From Takakia lepidozioides (lineage: Eukaryota > Plantae > Bryophyta), in contig CM060731.1 in NCBI GenBank assembly GCA_030704615.1, positions 78,492,001-78,556,000 of the forward strand: a stretch of 64,000 bases of DNA, in the 5' to 3' direction. Below, in pieces: positions 52,043-64,000 of this stretch; within the stretch, counting starts at the first letter, position 1; every line of letters starts with the position of its first letter. The notes under the pieces were generated by a model. It was not told where the DNA came from. It saw only the letters and a program-made list of their open reading frames with translations, and made no database searches. The position numbers and the translations under genes are program-made.

Positions 52043-53249
52043 TTATAACCGTGAATGAAGAGTACTAGAGAAGAAAGTGGAGGTGGGAACAGCTGCAAGA
52101 TTGCTCCTGCCTTCATTGCTGGCACCACCTTCCACTCTGCTGTGTGAGGCATCTGCAGCAGCTTCTGATTTCCTGAGAACTTCCTCTTCCATGTCTTCCA
52201 CAACCTGCCAATCAATTTCCGGACACAATCACTTTCTGAAGCTTACAGGCATATCTAAACTCACCCATATCGAAAGCTATGCTCTGTTTCAGTGATAGAT
52301 CAGAAGTTCTCTAGAAATTGGAGACTTAATTTGTGAGAGACTGAGAGAATTCGGACGAAATCTTCATCTGAGATGCGTGTACCTGACGCGCCTCTGAAGC
52401 ATGAGAAGGGTTGAGGGAGGAGGGCAAGATTTCGAGCAGACGCAGCTTGGTGCGCTCCACTGCGTCCCGCGTGGTGGAGTAGACCTCCTTGAGGCTTGCC
52501 TCCAGGGACCGCCGGGCCGCCTCCAGGGCTTCAGCGGGGACCTGCAACGCTGCTAGCCTCTCCATCACACGATCCCGCAGTTGCACCAGTGTATCGCCCA
52601 CCTCTACTGCCACGCCCTTGGTGGCCTCCACTACACCGGCTCTACTAGTGCCGGTCTGCTCATCATCCTCATCAGTTTTCGTATCCTCTCTGGCCGACGG
52701 CGACTCATCACCACTCGCTCCCCAAAATCGAACACCCCTTGCCGAAAGCCTTGCTGAAGAGGACCTGGCACTGTTACTGGAATCTAGTTCTTGCCATCTC
52801 ATGGCGCCTGCCACGTTGTTGAGCTTAATTTCACTGGTTTTATCGCTGGGCTGCAGAACGCGAGTGACGGCTTGTGGGGAGTACAAGCTACCCATGTCGG
52901 ATCCTTCAAGAGGCCCGATTTCTAGATGAACAGCCCATTCGGGGGAATAAAAGCTTCCTATTTCAGATCTCTTATGAGGCGGCCCGTCCGACTCTCTTTG
53001 TGACTGGTTCTTCTCGCCGGTGAGGCTAGTTCTTGGACAAGGATCTGTAGCGGATTCTGGTGAATACTGTAAGCTACCCATTCCAGATTTGTCATGAGCC
53101 GGCCCGTCAGACTTTGTAGTGCTTGGTAACTGCTTCTCGTTTCCAGTGTGGCTAGTATTTGGAGCACACGGTGCTCCCTCTGCTAGAGCAAAGGCGGCAG
53201 GGTTCTGCCCAGGAAAGTATACACTGGCCTGTCTACCCGGCTCCCTCAT
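52043..53249 (-). CDS. Uncharacterised plant protein ending in SRL (PTS1); two exons, intron 52205-52382
   Basis: Helical domain TLVQLRDRVMERL..RTKLRLLEILPS splices in frame to VVEDMEEE...LHSRL-stop; true start uncertain. Confidence 0.6.
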
Positions 53250-55159
53250 TGTTTCGGTAGCGGTGTTCTACCAACAAAAGGACTATTGTTTCAACAGCTT
53301 CGTCCGCAAGCAGTCTGAAAGAAATTTTAGCGGCGGGGCGAATTGTCCTACACAGCTGCTGGAGAGCCCACGTTGCAAGAAGCATGGTAGCGATATTCCC
53401 TGACGCGCACACGTGTCTAGAGTTACCATTCTGAGTAAGCACGAAGTGAATCTTGCCATAAATCGAAGCTTTTGTCGACATCAATTGGGTGCAGCGTTTT
53501 TATTTTCATTTAAGAACTTCAGCCACGTTGGCTCCTGGCTGGCCTATGAGGAAGATCAATTGGCGACTCTATGGCATGTGATCTCGAACAGGTGGCTACT
53601 GTCAAGAATGTTTGATGCGTTTTATGCGCACTCAACTCATGTAGTGTTCGGTTTGTGGGAGCGACAAGAGAGGTAATTTTTTCTAAGTAACAACGACACT
53701 GCATATTGCAAAGCCTAGCACAACTCTATGACTAATCTTGTCCAAGATCAGCAACTCTGCTCAAAGCCTCATGTGCCAGTGCAAGAGGCGGTGCAAGTCT
53801 GCTTAAATGGAGATGCATGACACGGATACTAGGCGGGTAAGCGAAACCTAAATGAGAGTTCCCTCCATAGCTCGACCCCTTGGCGAAAGCGGGAAGAGTT
53901 TGAACCCAAGGCTTTGCTCTTTGTGCGCTGGTAGGGTGGTAGGGTTTCTAGAAATCCATAGGCAAGAGCATCTAGATCTAACGAACCCAAATGACATGTG
54001 GCTCTTTCCCTGTGCGACAATTGTACAGACGACGTCTTCATTGCAGCGACATGATGGCATTAGGGAGGGCAGTAATGCGAAACAGTGCCATATTTTAACC
54101 CATAATTCCTTTGTAAATTTCGTGAGGCCAATTTCTGGATCGAAAAGTGGCAAAATTTCGCGCAATAAAAAAATGCTGATTGGGTGATTCAGGTATGTTT
54201 AAAGGAACGATTAAATCTTTTTGTATTTGGTTCGATCGCCTTGCAAAGAGAGAGATGGGATTAAATAAAGATCAACACCTCGCTGTCTCTTCGTCTAACT
54301 AGGGTCTTTTGCGAATATCGCCTTTGTTTTTCGATCTACTGTGTGCGTGGATGGTTGAGCACGGTGGCATTAGTTGGTGTGGAGTAAGTTGGCAACTCTT
54401 AGGCATGCCTCCATCGCCCAATCTTTGTATCGATTGCTCTGTATTTCATTCTCTGAATGTCCGCCTTCCTGCTTACAAATCAGGCCCCTTAATTATAGTG
54501 AGACGAGATTTAGACTTTCAAAGTCACAGGCTCGCCAGAAGTTGAATCAATGCACTGTGGCATCTTGATATAGTTTTTTAAAAGTTCAGGGACAAGCACA
54601 CACATCCACCAAAGCAAAACCCAATTTCATCACATCAATATGCAGGCTGCACTTTTGTGTTTGTTCTGCATGGAGGGACGTGACTTCCGCGTGAGCGTGA
54701 GCGTGAGAGCGTACGCTCACGCGGAGGTGATGTGGCGTGAGCGCAGGCTGACACCAGCTGATGTGGCGTGAGCGTGGGGTCGCGCTGACGTGGCGTGAGC
54801 CTGAGGCTGACGTGTCGTTATCCTGCCAACGTGGCAATCGTCTGAATGACGTGGCATTTGGACAACTTGCCAGATGTCATGTCATCATAAACATATAGCA
54901 CCTATAGCCGAGGGGCCTATAGTCGTGACATTCATTCATGCAAAACACCAGAAATTAAAATGCAGAAACGACTTGTGAAAGCATTTGCATCCATTCCATT
55001 TATTTTCGAACGACTACACACAAGAAAGAAATGGCACACATTGCACAACATAATTGGAGGCTGCATTGGCATCAAATATATGAAGGGACATCAAGTTCAA
55101 GTTTCAACTCTTGTGAAATGCAGTAATGGAATTTGCAGTTGACCAAAGTGAAGATGATG

Positions 55160-58100
55160 CTATGTGCTCCTATCCCGCTGCATAAGTGTATTCACCTCGT
55201 TGAAACTCATGGTGGCCTGGTGAATGAAGATGTCGCGTCTGGGATCACAAACCATTCTGTTCAAGAAGATAAAATACAGATGTTTGCAGGGTATAAATTT
55301 GCCTGTCTTTCCCAAACTTGTTGTAAGCATGCCAACAAAATCAGGACAGGTGCAGTTGGGGAAATTTGAAACTGTGATGTCGTACAACCGGTCGTGCATA
55401 GCGAATGTGGAGGTCATCATAGTGTAGATTCGTCCATACCCTGGATGTGGAACTTCCGTAGTGCCTGTAACACGACCTTGAAGCATTCAAGCGGATTCTA
55501 CCTTGCCGAAATGCTCGGCAGTCGAAGGGAAACGACGAACCAGCTTCTCATTTTGTTTTGTTGGCCATGCATCAGCGTTCGGTGGTGGCACTCCAGAACT
55601 TGCTGAAGTAGAAGCACCTGCATGTACAGAGGGGGATCGCTGAAGGGAGAAGCCTGCCTCCTCCAACATGGCAATCTCGTGAGTTGTGAGATGTGTCCCC
55701 ACCTTCACAGGCCAAATGCTTGGTGGAGGAGACTTCATGACAACCGATGGTCGCACAGTCCCACGCACGCACCTAGCACAGTCGTCAGGGCAGAACCAGA
55801 ATTTGTGGTTCTTTGCCTCGGCTTGCCCGTAAGGCGTGAACAAACCAGTGAAGGTCGGAGTCGGAGTGCGGACCTTGCCTCTGGATATGGAGGACTTGCA
55901 TTTCTCGCGATTGGTTGCTCTGATTGTCGTGCACTTCACTCGAGACCCAGCAGTGGTGCGTTCTATGTGCCAGACTTCGTCGGGGCACATGGACTCCACC
56001 ACAGGGGGGGAGCACGTTCGCCTCCTGCCCCATTGCACTCACTGTGGGAGATGGCTGCCTTTGGCTTTGTGACAAAGGATCGTCCGCACTGGATATGCCG
56101 GAAACGAACCTATGATGAAATGGAACATGCGGCATGGAGAAGTTGTCCCTGTCCGGCCTGTGGGAGTCCGCATCTGACCCAAGAGGTGTGTTCAATTTCC
56201 GTTTACAAGACCCGAATCTCTCCTCACCCTCTAGATGGGGAACTCTGGACACCAGTGGAGCTCCTTCCGCACACATGCTGATAGCCCTGACAATCTTGTT
56301 CGGATCCCCTGATCTTCTTGCTGCTCGCAATATCAACTTGGACTTGTCTGGACCTTGCCACCAACGCCACCCCGCAAGAACTCCCGATATCTCGTCTGTT
56401 GCAGTAGAGCTCGAATCAGATCATCTGCCGTCGCCACATACAAATCCCGGCCCCGCTTTCTAGATTGTTGCAACCATACATTGTGCATTGTCTCCGCAAG
56501 ATTGCAAGAGTGCATGTCCGCCATCTCTTCAATTGAGAAGTGCTGCAAAATGGAAAAACATATATCAGAAAGAGGACAGGCACACCCCACCACAACAGAC
56601 ATGATTGGAAATAGATACAAACTCAATGAAATTTGCAAGTTTTCAAATGCATGCACCGTTGTCATGCATGCTCCCCATTGTCTGTACCGGAAGTGCCAAA
56701 ATGTCAGCAAGTCTTCTAGCGCTCTCATACTGTCTTCTGATGCAGCCCCAGATGAGAACCACCAAGCACAAATTGTCTGGAACAATGTATTCACCTCTGC
56801 CATGCTTTTGGCATCTTTGTACTGTTTGCATAGCCTAAGATGAATAGGCTGCATTTCCGGTTTGATGTCTGCCTTTGTATGTTTCTCAAGGGACTGGATC
56901 CAATGGAAAAGACATGTTCGCTCTCTTCCTGGCATTGGCACCTTTGGATCTCCTGATCCAAACACAATGCAAATAGCATTGAAATTCGCTTGAGCACTGT
57001 CGGCAATAAATCCGGCGAAATTTGGAGATGGGAGACCCTGGGAGTCCATAACGCGAATGAGACTTCTCCACATTAGCTGCTGCAAATCCGCATCCTCTGA
57101 TTGCATGTCACACACTGCAATTGTCATGACACGTTGGTAGAAAGGATCGTAAACATGACACGCCATTGTAGTCCAGTCTTTCACTTGTTTGACGTGATCA
57201 AACATAAGGAAACAGTTCTGAAGATCGCCACCCTTCTGCATACGCTTCACAAGACTGACTCCGCTGCCCTCCCCGGCTGTGGACATTTTGAAAATGTACA
57301 CTTTGTTCAATCCTTGACCTGGGAACACACTCTCTTGAATGTAGTCATACATGCTCCGTCGCTTCAACTCGAAAATGTTATCAACATACCCTCTGTTAGC
57401 AGAGCCCATCCTCAATGCATTCACCTGGTTTTTAATGTTCGGCGAGCTCAAGGTAGAGAAGTGATCCATAACATTGTCCAAGGCTGCCCCGTCGAGTTTC
57501 CTGCCAACAGAATCTCCTTCACTAAGAATATGGTTCCAGGAAAGTCTTGCTTGCTCCAAGAACAATTGTGGAGGTGGTGGCTGTTGGATTGCTCTCATAC
57601 TCTTGTCTTATTGGATATTGTTTCAACGCTTTCCCTGTAATCCCCCTTCGACACTGGATGGTTGTGGAACCTGAAATGCACACCGGCTTTAGTCAAGGTT
57701 GGAAAACGGTGCACCACATAGTACATTCTTGCTCCACACACTGCCACATAGGAAGGCGCTCGTTTACAGCAGAAAATGTCTATAACTCAAATTCTCGCAC
57801 CTTAGGTGCTCATTGCACACCGCTCTCCTGAACACAAGCTTGCCATCATTTTGAATATTGGATGTCTTCGTTCTGCACCATGGGTGTCCATCGTGTCTCT
57901 TGTCCATTCCGTGCATCAGGCTCGAAACAGGTCCACCCCACCCGGGTGGAGGCAACTCGAAGACGACATCCCCATCAAAAGATTCCGGAAGGTACTGCAC
58001 ACGCTCAACAGGGACAGTGTCCCAGTCAATCCCCCGCAATTCACTCTTGAAACCGGGCATTCCTCCCATTGACTTCAGTAATGACACTACACAGGTCCTT

Positions 58101-58240
58101 CAATTCCGGCACCACGACCACCGGAGAAGGAGCCACAAAAGGAATTTTCGGGACGTCCTCCTCCGAGGAGTCGGAGAGCTTAATGTCCAGGTCATCAGTC
58201 TACAATGGTCCTCAAATGATTTAATGCCATGCTAATGTGG
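55160..58240 (-). mobile_element. Mutator/MULE-type transposase with SWIM zinc finger, frameshifted
   Basis: FDHVK, FIADSAQA, CLFHW, CNLAETMH (DDE core) and CTCPDF..PCKH (SWIM); N-terminal DGHPW..C..C region; GACGTGGC-type repeats at 54670-54880. Confidence 0.8.
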
Positions 58241-58282
58241 TATTTTACGTTGTTGTCATCAGTGTAGAATGGTTGTGGATCA

Positions 58283-61200
58283 TCCCGCTGCAAATCCGTG
58301 CTCGTGCCCCACAATGGAGTCTGAGCAACCATGGTAGGCAACTCCGCCATACCATACATGTCATCCTGCTCTCCTGGAGGTGGCACATCCTCTGAATGAG
58401 CGTTGCCCTTAAGCAACTCTCTAGGCCAACTCACTGCTGCTGTGAATGCTGCTAGTGTCGGCATCTTGTCTCGCTGGGCAACCGCAACTTCTCCTATGAA
58501 CGTCACAGGGAGCTGCACACGTCGGCCCTCCCCTGACTGCCATGCAGGCCTATAGGAAGCTGACTCCTCCCAAAAATCCAGGGTGAAGCCCATGGGGTAC
58601 AACACTGCCCCACCAACCAGGACATCGTATGAGACCGCGTCTGTCACAATGGCCTTAGCTCACATCATTGAACCATCTGTAGGGTGATCCGGCCATAGTC
58701 TGATAGCCAACTCACGCCGTGTCATGCCCCGAGCCTGCTCCGATCCTCCCAGAGACGTCTGAATCTGGAAAGGACAAGGCTCTATATCCGCCTCCGTGAG
58801 GCCCAAGCCTGCAATAGCAGCTCTGCCCAGCATCAATGGCTGAGCTCCCGAGTCCAACAAGACCCGCAGTGGCCGGTACCTCTTGACTGCCGGTCCACTC
58901 AAACAGAAAATGTCATCCTGGTTGTCTAACATGACAACTCCAGGTGTCACCATGGCGCACTCAATGGCTGGCCTAGTTGGCAGCTGCAGCTTGCCATGGC
59001 GCCGCCGTGGCAGTCTTGACCCTCAAATCCGAGGATCCCTCCGGCACTACACCTCCCACTATCTCCGCAGAAGATGAAGTAACATCCCCACTCTCACAGA
59101 GTGTAGCTGCCAGCTTGAACACCTCAGCTAGTCTTACCCCCGGCGTCGCAATCATGGTAGCCGAGAACAATGGAGCCTGGCACACAGATGTGGCCGCTCC
59201 TAGCAGCACACTAGCTGCCGTAGCATTGGCAACACTAGGTAGTGGTGCTACCCGTGTAGCTCTCCCCAATGGCATAGTAACCTCCGCCTCGGTAACAGTC
59301 GGGCGAGAACTAGGTGCCATGGATGGCATCGACACTATCTCCGCCAATGTGAATGACTGAGGAAGCCTAGCCTGACGGCTTGCCTCCCCACGCTGTGGAT
59401 CCAACTCCACCTCTGCACCTCGTGGTTCAGGAACTCGTGCTGCTCCTCGAGTCACGGCTGCAGCAGACTCCACCTGCACTAGTGGTAGTGTTGCTCCACA
59501 CATGAATCCCATGCCTCCCATATCTCCTCCCTCAGGAGCAGGAGGTGGACCATCCGGCCTAAGAGCCGGTACCACCTGAGCTGTAGCCATGGCAGCGAGC
59601 CTCTGCTCTAGCTGCTAAAGCCGGTTGGCCATGCCTTGGTCAATACCCTGACCTCCGCGTCCTTGGCCATGTTGAGCTTGCCCTTGGCCTGCACCTTGTG
59701 GCTGGCCACCTTGTCCTCTCTGGGCTGCTCCACCTCGCCCCCGGCCACCATTGTTCCCTTGGAACTGGCCTGGGCGCAACTCAGGATGCAAACCATAACA
59801 CTAGGCCTCTCCATGCCCGTGCTTGCCACAATGCCCACACTGCAACTGTGCAGGTTGTGCATGTGCCGGCCCTTTGCCTCCCTCTGGGCAATCCTTCTTG
59901 ATATGGGGTCCTCCACATGTCTAGCACACCACATCCGCCCGTTGTTGGCCAACAAATGAAGGGAGAGACCCCTGCATCTGAGGTCCTCTCTGCCCTTCCC
60001 TGAGCTTCACCTGAGCCCCATTGTTGCCTTGAGCACGTTGAGGTAGTGGTTGGCTAGGAGCACCACTACCCCGTGGTGTCTCCTTAGCAAATCCCACCAT
60101 GACCACTTGTTCCTCCACCATGTTGAGCTCTATCCGCTCTGCCAGCAAAAACACATTTGCTAAGGTGGGTTGGGCCGCTTGTAGGAGAGTTGCATCCCAC
60201 ACCCTTTTCCTCAGATCCTTGTCCAATATCCCATACCAGAATTGGACTGCCTGAGCTTCCGTAACCCCTTGGGTTACATTTATCAAGCGCCTCATGCGAG
60301 TGAAAGCCTCCCTCAAGCTCTCGGTCGGCTTCCGTTGGAACTCTTGCAAGCTCCGCAACTTCTCTGTCCTCACCCCTTGGTAGTTCCCTCTCAACTCTTC
60401 GAAGAACTCCACAACAGGGTTGAAGGCAGGCACGGGTACTAGTGCTGGTGCAGTAGTGGCTTGGGTGGACGTCGTAGCTACTGTACCACCAGTCCTACTA
60501 GTCCCACTGCTACTGGCTAAAGCTGCCGGTGCAGCGGCAGGTGTAGCCACTGCCCTCGTGGCTCTAGTGCCCCTAGTGATGGAGACATAGTCGGGTGACC
60601 AGTACATCCTCCACTCCTCGATCTCAACCTCATGCCCCCTCCTGAACTCATGGTAATCATCCATAGGCGGCCCCTCAAGGTGCTGAAACAGCCCCTTCCA
60701 TGCCATGAAAGGCGTAAATAGTTGTGGATTGCGCATATGCTGCAAATCACACCAACTATCAAACTCTTGGATAAAATCATCCAACTCGATGGTGCCCACC
60801 GCCCCAGAGTACCTTCGTGGCCCCTTGGTAGCTCCATACATCTCCTCCATTGTGTCCCACAACAATGGCAAAGAAACAACTTGCACCGCCGGTATGAGTC
60901 CTCCTGATTCACAATCTGAATCAGAACCTTCCGTAGAAGACACAGGAGGTGAAGGTGGCCTAAACCGCACACCTCGTCTCGTGTACCCACTAGTATCGCT
61001 AGTGCTCAAACCAGCACTGTCCCCAGCAACTAGTGGCACCTCCGTGTTGACACTCAACCGGTCAGGAACATGTCCCTAACCCCCTCTCCACAAGGTAACC
61101 GGGTAGAGAACCTGTTGCGGTTTATGGTTTGGAATACTAAGTTCCTAACATAGCCTACACCTGTACCAGTCCTTAGGCAGTCCACCAGTGCCTCCACGAG

Positions 61201-64000
61201 TCAGCACAGGCCGTCCACAAGTCAACACGAGCCACCACAGACCAGCACAGGCCCACACAGCTCACTGGTCACAGCCGTCACAGTCCCACAGGCCACTGGG
61301 CACAGCCTGTCACAGCCCCTCATAGCCCGTCACAGCTCACCACAGCCTGTCACAGCCCGTCATAGCCCCACAGGCCACAGGCCACAGGCCACAGGCCACA
61401 GGCCACAGCCCGCCACAGCCTGTCACAGCCCCGCACAGCCCGTCACAGCCCCACAGGCCACTGGGCACAGCCTGTCACAGCCAGCCCCAAAGGCCTCAGG
61501 CACGGCCTGACACAGCCCCTCACAACCCCAAAGGCCTCATGCACGGCCTGTCACAGCCCCTCACAGCCCGTCATAGCCCCAAAGGCCTCAGGCACGGCCT
61601 GTCACAGCCCCTCACAACCCATCACAGCCCTAAAGGCCACGGGCACAGCCTGTCACAGCCCCGAAAGGCCACTGGCACAGCCCCTCACAGCCCCAAAGGC
61701 CTCAGGCACGGCCTGTCACAGCCCCTCACAGCCCGTCACAGCCCCAAAGGCCTCAGGCACGGCCTAACACAGCCCCTCACAGCCCATCACAGCCCCAAAG
61801 GCCACGGGCACAACCTGTCACAGCCCCTCACAGCCCCAAAGGCCATGGGCACAGCCTGTCCCAGCCCCTCACAGCCCGTCACAGTCCCACAGGCCACTGG
61901 GCACAGCCTGTCACAGCCCCTCACAGCCCCTCACAGCCCCAAAGGCCTCAGGCACGGCTTGACACAGCCCCTCACAGCCCCAAAGGCCTTAGGCACGGAC
62001 TGTCACAGCCCCTCACAGCCCGTCACGGCCCCAAAGGCCTCAGGCACGGCCTGTCACAGCCCCTCACAGCCCGTCATAGCCCCACAGGCCACTGGGCACA
62101 GCCCGTCACAGCCCCACAGGCCACTGGGCACAGCCTGTCACAGCCCCTCACAGCCCCTCACAGCTCGCCACAGCCCCTCACAGCCCCAAAGGCCACCGGC
62201 GCAGCCCGGCACAGCCCATCACAGCCCTGAAGGCCACCGGCACAGCCCCTCACAGCCCCTCACAGCCCCATCCATGGCCGCTCTGGCATTTTAGCCATTT
62301 CTCCAAGGGGTTTAACCACGCCAAGCTAGGGTTTATGTCTCTTGGACTCTAGGCTTCTTTCCACCGAGCTATGGCGGCTGTGAGGAAATCAGCAAGGTAT
62401 TCTTGCTCTTTCGGCTCCCACACACCCCATAGTAGCCCTAAGCCATGAGGTGGTTGCCACAAACCAAGCCTTCTTTCTCACTTAGCCTCCCCAAACACGC
62501 CACTAAACTCAATGGCAAACAACCAAGCCCTGCTGGTTCCCAGCCCTTGTGAGCACTCATTCAAGCACTCTCCTGGCCATAGCATCTGTCTTAGAGCCTA
62601 TTCCAGCCCCCTACACCTGCTGCTTCAAGAGTTGCGCTCCTTTCAAGCTTGAAGTTGAAACCCCAACTCACATAGGCCCTACAAGTGTTTTTCTTTCACT
62701 CCAAGTGGAAACCAGCCCTAGACCTTCCGTTCTAGCTCTCTAAAGCTTGAAAACAAGAGCCTCAATGGGCTGAAGGCATGCTCCACACATGCCCCACTCT
62801 CACCATAAGAGAATCAGCTCCTTTGCTTCATTTCTTGCACCCACAAACCTGAAAATACAAGCTTCAGCAGGCTGAAAGCATGCTCCACATGCCCTACAGG
62901 GAAACCAGCCCCTTCCTTCCTTTCTTGCACTCCCACACCTGAAAGTGCAAGCCTTCACCAGGCTGATAGCATGCTCCACACATGCATTGCCCTCACATAA
63001 GGGAAGTCAGCCCTTCCCTCTTCCTTGCTTGCCCTCCAAGCTTGAAGATGGAAGCTTCAATGAGCTGAATACATGCTCCACACATGCAACCTCTTCACAC
63101 AAGAGATATCAGCCCCCTATCTTGGCTCCTTGGCTCCTTGATGCTCTCTAAAACAAGACTAAGCACTCCACAGCCTTTGCCAAGCTCCTAAAACCCTAAG
63201 GCTTACATTTCCAGCCACAAGACACTTCTCTTGTGGTGCAAGAGCTCTTCTTCCAAGCTCTGAAACCCTAGGTGCACATTCCATGGCCTTGCCGCACCAC
63301 TTAGCTCCTGTTCCAGCCCTGCTCTTGCCATGACAAGAGCCCTCTCAATGCTGAAGCTCGAGATTGAAACCCAATCTCATCATACTCCACAAAGTGCACT
63401 GATTTGCCCAAAGCCAAATCAGCCCTTTCGCTTGGTCTTGCAATCCTTCACACAATGAAAGCTCACATTCCCAAGTCCAGTTCTCAGCTTTGCCACCAAA
63501 GCCACTATAACCTGCTCTTGACTGGTCCTCTTCCCAATCGTGCTTGCTCATGCATGTACACAATCTGAAACCATCAAGGTGCTCTGGAATTACCTGCAGC
63601 ATGGTGCTTTCATCTCTGAAGCTGAAGGTCTACCACCTCGTAACCCACATCGCCTCTGCTTCTAACAACCAAGAGCTCCACGGTGCTCCTTGCATAACAA
63701 CTTGGTTTCTCTCATTCTCAAGCAAAAACCACAAGTGCTACAACTAACTCGTATCTGGCACTCACAGATACGAGTTCATCTTTCTCGAGTGATAAAGATG
63801 AAGAATACAAGCACAAGCTCATGCGAGCTCACAAAGCTGAAGCATAAACTCATGCATATATAACCTCATCACTCAAATACAAGTCAAGCCAAGTGCACCC
63901 CACGCCATGGGGAATCCACACTACGGCGCCATAGCTAGGCGCGGTGAGGCTCAACTCGAGAAAGATGAGCCTCCCGCGCTTGCCGTGAAGATAACCACTC
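58283..64000 (-). mobile_element. Ty3/Gypsy MTase-family copy 3: A segment (runs off window), long 5' UTR, gag, protease; truncated before the MTase
   Basis: 63790-64000 is homologous to A of copy 1; PBS 63775-63789; gag 59921-61057 plus two zinc knuckles; LLDSGA protease; in-frame TAG mutations. Confidence 0.9.
61240..62270. repeat. Minisatellite (TCACAGCCC / AAAGGCC units) in the Gypsy 5' UTR
   Basis: Dozens of 10-30-bp variant units; a shorter related GCCGTGA/GGGAAC array sits at 7670-8010 in copy 1. Confidence 0.9.

Noticed and set aside
61539-62294. 251-aa repetitive ORF
   Set aside because: Translation of the minisatellite, antisense to the element.

Overview
Eukaryotic, intron-containing DNA, most likely from a non-seed land plant (bryophyte-like; inferred from the gene content). 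About two thirds is nested transposons. These surround a host-gene island at ~37.4-53.3 kb: a CBP1/MEE14-like gene, ALG11, the mRNA capping enzyme and a protein ending in SRL (PTS1). The main result is a Ty3/Gypsy family present in three copies: 6543-20835 (+), 25952-34969 (+) and 58283->64000 (-). (1) It encodes Gag-protease-DNMT3-like C5 cytosine methyltransferase, then an in-frame UAG-CAA-CCA readthrough-type signal, then RT-RNaseH-integrase-PHD finger. (2) It has a Tf1-type self-priming PBS supported by covariation between copies. (3) Its integrated copies are circularly permuted. The PPT/PBS-defined LTR is B+GC+A, but the insertions read A...B (copy 1) and A...B-A-B (copy 2). Both have TGTC...GACA ends and 4-bp target duplications, as expected if 1-LTR and 2-LTR circles were opened at a palindromic GACA-GC-TGTC site inside the LTR. 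All coordinates were read by eye and protein identities come from recalled motifs; no database searches were run.
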